Source: a virus. From it: a DNA stretch of 64,000 nt. The notes below the pieces were generated by a model, which did no database searches, was not told the DNA's origin, and was given only the letters and a program-made list of their open reading frames with translations. The stretch spans positions 1 to 64,000 of IMG/VR virus record IMGVR_UViG_3300046697_000300. One strand, written 5' to 3'. Of this stretch, positions 60,141-64,000 are shown piece after piece. A program made the translations under genes and the position numbers. Position 1 is the first letter of the stretch. Every line of letters begins with the position of its first letter.

Positions 60141-63100
60141 TTATCCATTCCCCGCGTCGAACGATCCGCGCGCGACCTTGACCGGGATGATGTAGGCGGT
60201 AAGTCCCTTGACGCTGGCCCAGGAGCCTGGCGTCTTGCCGTTGTCGTAGAGCACGCTCCAGTATTCATCGGTGACGCCGCGGCCCGGCTTCCTGGTCAAA
60301 TCGACCTGGCCCTGCGGCGTGAGAGACATCGGCCGGCAGCGCAGCATCTTCTTCGGCCCGTTGATGTCGGTCACCTTGTTGCGGCCCGAGAGAAAACTCA
60401 CGTTGATGTCGCCAAAGCCCACGCAGGTGGTGACGACGCCCTCGGGCTTCGACGGTTTCTGCATTTGCTTGGCCGAGACCGTCTGGTACTTCCAGTCGAT
60501 GCCGGCGCCGTTATCGTCGAACCGGCCCGGCGTGCGCGCGTTCACGATGCCGCTGGGGTCGGTCTGGGTGTAGGCCAGTTGCGACTGGTAGAAGTCGCTC
60601 GAGGTATGGTCGGTGCCGTCCGGGCCGAGAGGCAGCGGCGGAGGGTTCGCCACCACGCGCTGGATCCGCCGGCAGATAAAGGCCGAAACATCGTTGAAGG
60701 CCCAGCGCCGCGAGGCTTCCTGCGAGACCTCCTTTTGCGCATAGGTCGAGAAGTGGATCGGGTTGAGCCAGCCCTCAAGAAAACTCAGGGTGAACTCCTG
60801 GTTCGGCGTCGGCGAGTTGCCGGTCGGCACCTGGATGCGCACCGTGTGGGTATCGTTGTCGATCATCAGCGCGATGGTCTCTGCGGCCGCCCAGTTGATC
60901 GTCGCCCACTCGCGCGGCACTTCCTTGGTCATCAGGTCGGGGTCGCCCGTGCCGTCGTATTTGTAGAGGCCGGAGCGGTGCACGAAGGCGATGAACTGAT
61001 GGTTGCAGGCGAAGGCGCGCGGGCCGCACGGCCCCACGCCCTCAGCATCCTGCGACGGACCCCAGCGCGTTTTTGCGTCCCAGGTGACGGGGTCGCCGGT
61101 GCCAGGCGTGATCACGATGGCCGACTGCGAACGCATGGCATAGATGGCGTTGCGAAATTCGATCAACCCCCAGCACACCTCGCCGCATTGGGTGAGCAGA
61201 GGCAGCGGGCTGGTGTCGGCGTAGATGCTCTCGTACTCCCCAAAGAGGCCAATGACCGGCCCAGTCGTAAAGCCCGGCGCGCCGCACACCGAGATCCGGT
61301 TGCAGGTGGTGAGGAAGTCGACGCGCACGCCCGCCGGCGGCGCCTGCACCCGCAGCCGGTCGGTCGAGTTGTTCGCGGACTCGAGGTAGGTGTCGGAGAA
61401 GTTGAACGTGCCCGTCGTCGTCACGTTGTCGAGGATCACGGTCGGGATGATGGTGACCCCATCCGAGAGGAAGCTCTTCGGGTAAACCTGGTTCTGGGTT
61501 GGCACATCCAGGTTGACCGTGCCAACCCACCAGAACGGCCCTGACTGGGTCGAGTCGGCGACGCTCCAGTTGATGGCGCGGCCGATGATATTCACGGGGC
61601 CGATGGGCACGTTGAAGACTGCGATCTCCCAGCCTGCCTCGTCGACGATGTACTTCGACACCGCGGCCTGGGTAAAGCCCGAGAACGTCTGGTTGCGGTT
61701 GATCCAGGACGGCACCGCGTATCTGTAGCCCTGGGTCTCGTTGATGCCGCCGTCGGCGGTATCGGCCACGATGTCGCCGCCCGGCCCTGTGCCGTTCACG
61801 GTCACAGACATCGGCCCCGCGGCAGTGTTGTCGACGGGAACAGTCTGGCCGACCTGCGAGGTGGCTGAAAGCGCATAGGCCGAGATCGGCGGCTCGGCAG
61901 TGCCGGTCGCAACGTCGGCCTCGTAGACGTTCACGGTGACCAGTTGCGGATACTGCTGGGCGTCGGCGAGCTCGGCGAGCGAGACCTGGACCTCATCCTG
62001 AAGCAGGGTATTCACGATCGACGACGACGGGCCGAGCGGCGTCTCGCCGCTTGAGTTTGAATAGCTCAGGCGGATCCACACGTCGCGGCCGGCAACAAAC
62101 GCCCCAGCGCCCGGGTTGCGGGTGAGCGCAGCAGCCTGCGATGGCGTCGGCAGTTGGCCTTTGGTGATGCGTGCGCTGTTGATGGTGGGCGCGGGCGCGC
62201 CGACCGCGGTCGCGGTCACGATGGGCGTCGCGCCGAGGGCGGAGGACAGGGCGAGCTCGTAGGCGGCCTGTGGCGGAGCCGGCGCCGCGAAGGCCACATC
62301 AGCCTCATAGACGTTGACGCCGGTGATCGCGTAAGGCGGTTTGAGCTGCCCGAGCCAGCCAGGAAGATCGGCAAGCGCAGGAATCGTGACCTGGACGCCC
62401 TGGTTGATGGCCGTGGTGGTGATCGAGGCCACGGCGCCGGCAACGGTTTCGCCCATGCCGTTGGTGAAGGTGAGGAAGATATAGACGGTGCGGTTGGCAG
62501 CGAAGGTGCCACCGGCATTGATCAGCGCGAGGACCGGGGCCGGAGGCTCCGGCAGCCGGTTCGCGATGACCATGGTCAATTCTTTCCAGGTCACCGGCAC
62601 AAGGCCTGCCGCAACCTGGGCCGGCGAGAGCACCTCGATGACCTCCGCGCCTTCGGAGGCTGGCCCGGTCGGCCAGACCGGCTCGAGGGGTCCGGTCGCG
62701 CCGTTGTTCTGGGCCTGGTAGGTATGGCCGTTGCCCTGCCGGCCAGAGTTCGAGTTTGAAGGGCAGGCGACCTCGCCCTTGTATATGGCCGGCGTGATCG
62801 GCAGCCACTGCCACCCGTAGGGCTTCATGCCTAGGGGGTCAAGAGTGAGGGTCTTGGGGTTGTAGCAGGAGAGTCCGGCCGTCGGCGTCTTGAGGTCCGA
62901 GTAGGCGCTCCAGACCCGATTACCGGCCTGGGTGTCGATCTTGTGGCTGGCCGTCGGCAGCTCAAACACGCCGGCGGGCACCGGGATCAACCGGCCAGAG
63001 CCTATGGGAGACTCGCGTTCCAGAATTCCAGAAGATGTAAAGCGCAGCATCTGCTGGAAAAAGGGATCGGTCGCCGAGAGCGACTGATACTGGAAGTCCC

Positions 63101-63311
63101 AGAACCCGGTGCCGGGCGCCGCGGCGCCCTGCATGATCAGGCAGTTTCCGGCCCGCGTCGCCGCCGACAGAGCTCCGCCCGTCGAATCACGGGTAAAGTC
63201 TGTGTTGCGGCAGACCGCCGCGCATCCGGCGGGCAGGTTGGTCGGATCGTCCTGATCCACCTGCCCGAGCATGCGCGAAATGGCAACCGGAACTCCTGAG
63301 AATACTGGCAC
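60141..63311 (-). CDS. large virion/tail structural protein (1056 aa)
   Basis: GTG 63311 after GAGGAG. Size and position are typical of a tail tube/nozzle or baseplate-hub component. No motif recognised. Confidence 0.7.
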   Translation of the reverse strand: MPVFSGVPVAISRMLGQVDQDDPTNLPAGCAAVCRNTDFTRDSTGGALSAATRAGNCLIMQGAAAPGTGFWDFQYQSLSATDPFFQQMLRFTSSGILERESPIGSGRLIPVPAGVFELPTASHKIDTQAGNRVWSAYSDLKTPTAGLSCYNPKTLTLDPLGMKPYGWQWLPITPAIYKGEVACPSNSNSGRQGNGHTYQAQNNGATGPLEPVWPTGPASEGAEVIEVLSPAQVAAGLVPVTWKELTMVIANRLPEPPAPVLALINAGGTFAANRTVYIFLTFTNGMGETVAGAVASITTTAINQGVQVTIPALADLPGWLGQLKPPYAITGVNVYEADVAFAAPAPPQAAYELALSSALGATPIVTATAVGAPAPTINSARITKGQLPTPSQAAALTRNPGAGAFVAGRDVWIRLSYSNSSGETPLGPSSSIVNTLLQDEVQVSLAELADAQQYPQLVTVNVYEADVATGTAEPPISAYALSATSQVGQTVPVDNTAAGPMSVTVNGTGPGGDIVADTADGGINETQGYRYAVPSWINRNQTFSGFTQAAVSKYIVDEAGWEIAVFNVPIGPVNIIGRAINWSVADSTQSGPFWWVGTVNLDVPTQNQVYPKSFLSDGVTIIPTVILDNVTTTGTFNFSDTYLESANNSTDRLRVQAPPAGVRVDFLTTCNRISVCGAPGFTTGPVIGLFGEYESIYADTSPLPLLTQCGEVCWGLIEFRNAIYAMRSQSAIVITPGTGDPVTWDAKTRWGPSQDAEGVGPCGPRAFACNHQFIAFVHRSGLYKYDGTGDPDLMTKEVPREWATINWAAAETIALMIDNDTHTVRIQVPTGNSPTPNQEFTLSFLEGWLNPIHFSTYAQKEVSQEASRRWAFNDVSAFICRRIQRVVANPPPLPLGPDGTDHTSSDFYQSQLAYTQTDPSGIVNARTPGRFDDNGAGIDWKYQTVSAKQMQKPSKPEGVVTTCVGFGDINVSFLSGRNKVTDINGPKKMLRCRPMSLTPQGQVDLTRKPGRGVTDEYWSVLYDNGKTPGSWASVKGLTAYIIPVKVARGSFDAGNG

Positions 63312-63338
63312 GGGCCGCTCCTCGCTTCCGTGAGCGAC

Positions 63339-63719
63339 CTACGAGTTCTGCTGCGTGTTGACCAGGATCTCAAGGAAGTGCTCGCCGTTCAAAATCGCGT
63401 CGGGATAGTTCGCCGAAGCCAGCTCGGCGCCCTCTGAGGCATACCAGCGCAGGCCGAAGGACGTAACGCCGCCGGCAACGGTGCGCTGCACCTGGGCATA
63501 GTAGCCACCGGCAAAGCCAAACCAGCGCGGCGAGACCGGGGGCGGGTTCTGGCCCGGGTTCGGTTGCGGAACCTGGCCAATGGCCTTGGGGTCCTTGATC
63601 GCGTTCAAAGGCAGGTTGTCGGCGGTTCCCTGGATATAGGCGCCGGTGACGGCGATCGAGACGATGTTGCGGTCCGGGTTCGATGCCGGGCTCGCTTGCG
63701 CCATGGACAATGCGTTCAT
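63339..63719 (-). CDS. hypothetical virion-operon protein (126 aa)
   Basis: GAAGGAAGTG before the ATG. Confidence 0.6.
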   Translation of the reverse strand: MNALSMAQASPASNPDRNIVSIAVTGAYIQGTADNLPLNAIKDPKAIGQVPQPNPGQNPPPVSPRWFGFAGGYYAQVQRTVAGGVTSFGLRWYASEGAELASANYPDAILNGEHFLEILVNTQQNS

Positions 63720-63722
63720 TTT

Positions 63723-63932
63723 TCACTTCCTTCGTTGAAGTCGCCCTGCTGGGTGCTGCTCTTCTTCCGGCTCCTCTTGCTCGAGCCGCCGCTTGCCACA
63801 TTTTTCACAACAAACCTCGCGCCGCCGGCCTCTGCCGACGGGCATCATCAGCGCGTCCTGCCGAATCTCACTGCCGCAGTCCGAGCATTTCTCGGCCTGG
63901 TCGGCGGGCACAAAGTGCCCCCGATGACTCAC
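63723..63932 (-). CDS. small zinc-ribbon protein (69 aa)
   Basis: CSDCG...CEKCG. The last of five consecutive GTG codons (63932) overlaps the upstream stop (GTGA). The track start is 63944. Confidence 0.5.
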   Translation of the reverse strand: MSHRGHFVPADQAEKCSDCGSEIRQDALMMPVGRGRRREVCCEKCGKRRLEQEEPEEEQHPAGRLQRRK

Positions 63933-64000
63933 CACCACCACCACCCCGCACCGCGCTGCCGCCGGGCGTTTGAGCCGGCGCGCGCCGTGTAACCCTGCTT
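63929..64000 (-). CDS. 3' end of a gene entering from the right edge
   Basis: Open frame KQGYTARAGSNARRQRGAGWWWW* ends in the GTGA overlap. Only 23 codons are visible. Confidence 0.3.
   Translation of the reverse strand, partial: KQGYTARAGSNARRQRGAGWWWW

Overview
Gene-dense, high-G+C window that reads as most of a temperate tailed-phage genome in its excised (vegetative) gene order. I recognised no rRNA, tRNA or cas genes. Layout: (i) 1-11.7 kb, minus strand: head genes (putative portal 5714-8275, Ala/Pro-rich scaffold-like gene 3044-4780, putative major capsid protein 1521-2834, then a strong hairpin terminator) and a lysis block (M15 peptidase, papain-like C1 peptidase, 2-TM holin-like protein). 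(ii) 11957-13695: an IS200/IS605-family (IS608-like) element with tnpA and tnpB, much lower in G+C, inserted at TTAC inside a phage lipoprotein gene. (iii) 13.7-26.6 kb, minus strand, lower G+C: exported FN3-like proteins and lipoproteins plus large beta-helix or tail-fibre-like proteins, nearly all starting with Sec signal peptides. (iv) 26.6-32.0 kb, minus strand: small early-type genes (ASCH, Fis-type HTH, Tat-signal protein, zinc-finger proteins) ending in a P4-type tyrosine integrase. (v) 32.1-42.1 kb, plus strand, divergent from int: OmpR-type winged-helix protein, zinc ribbons, a ~330-bp array of CCACA / DnaA-box-like repeats, a GroEL-type chaperonin with no GroES, a cold-shock-domain protein, a pseudo-receiver domain, an excisionase-type HTH, a Gp37/Gp68 (DUF5131) protein and a 51-codon stump of a helicase/methylase-type gene. 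(vi) 42.1-64 kb, minus strand: large terminase, probable small terminase, a 3672-aa multidomain polyvalent-type protein (RelA/SpoT-like, 2H phosphoesterase, GGDEF-like, ParB-like, HAD-like and more) and virion/tail-type proteins. All functional calls come from reading motifs by eye; no searches were run. Many gene starts were reset from the ORF track using Shine-Dalgarno sequences and the pervasive ATGA/GTGA stop-start overlaps. Most long track ORFs lying antisense or out of frame to these genes are high-G+C shadow ORFs.
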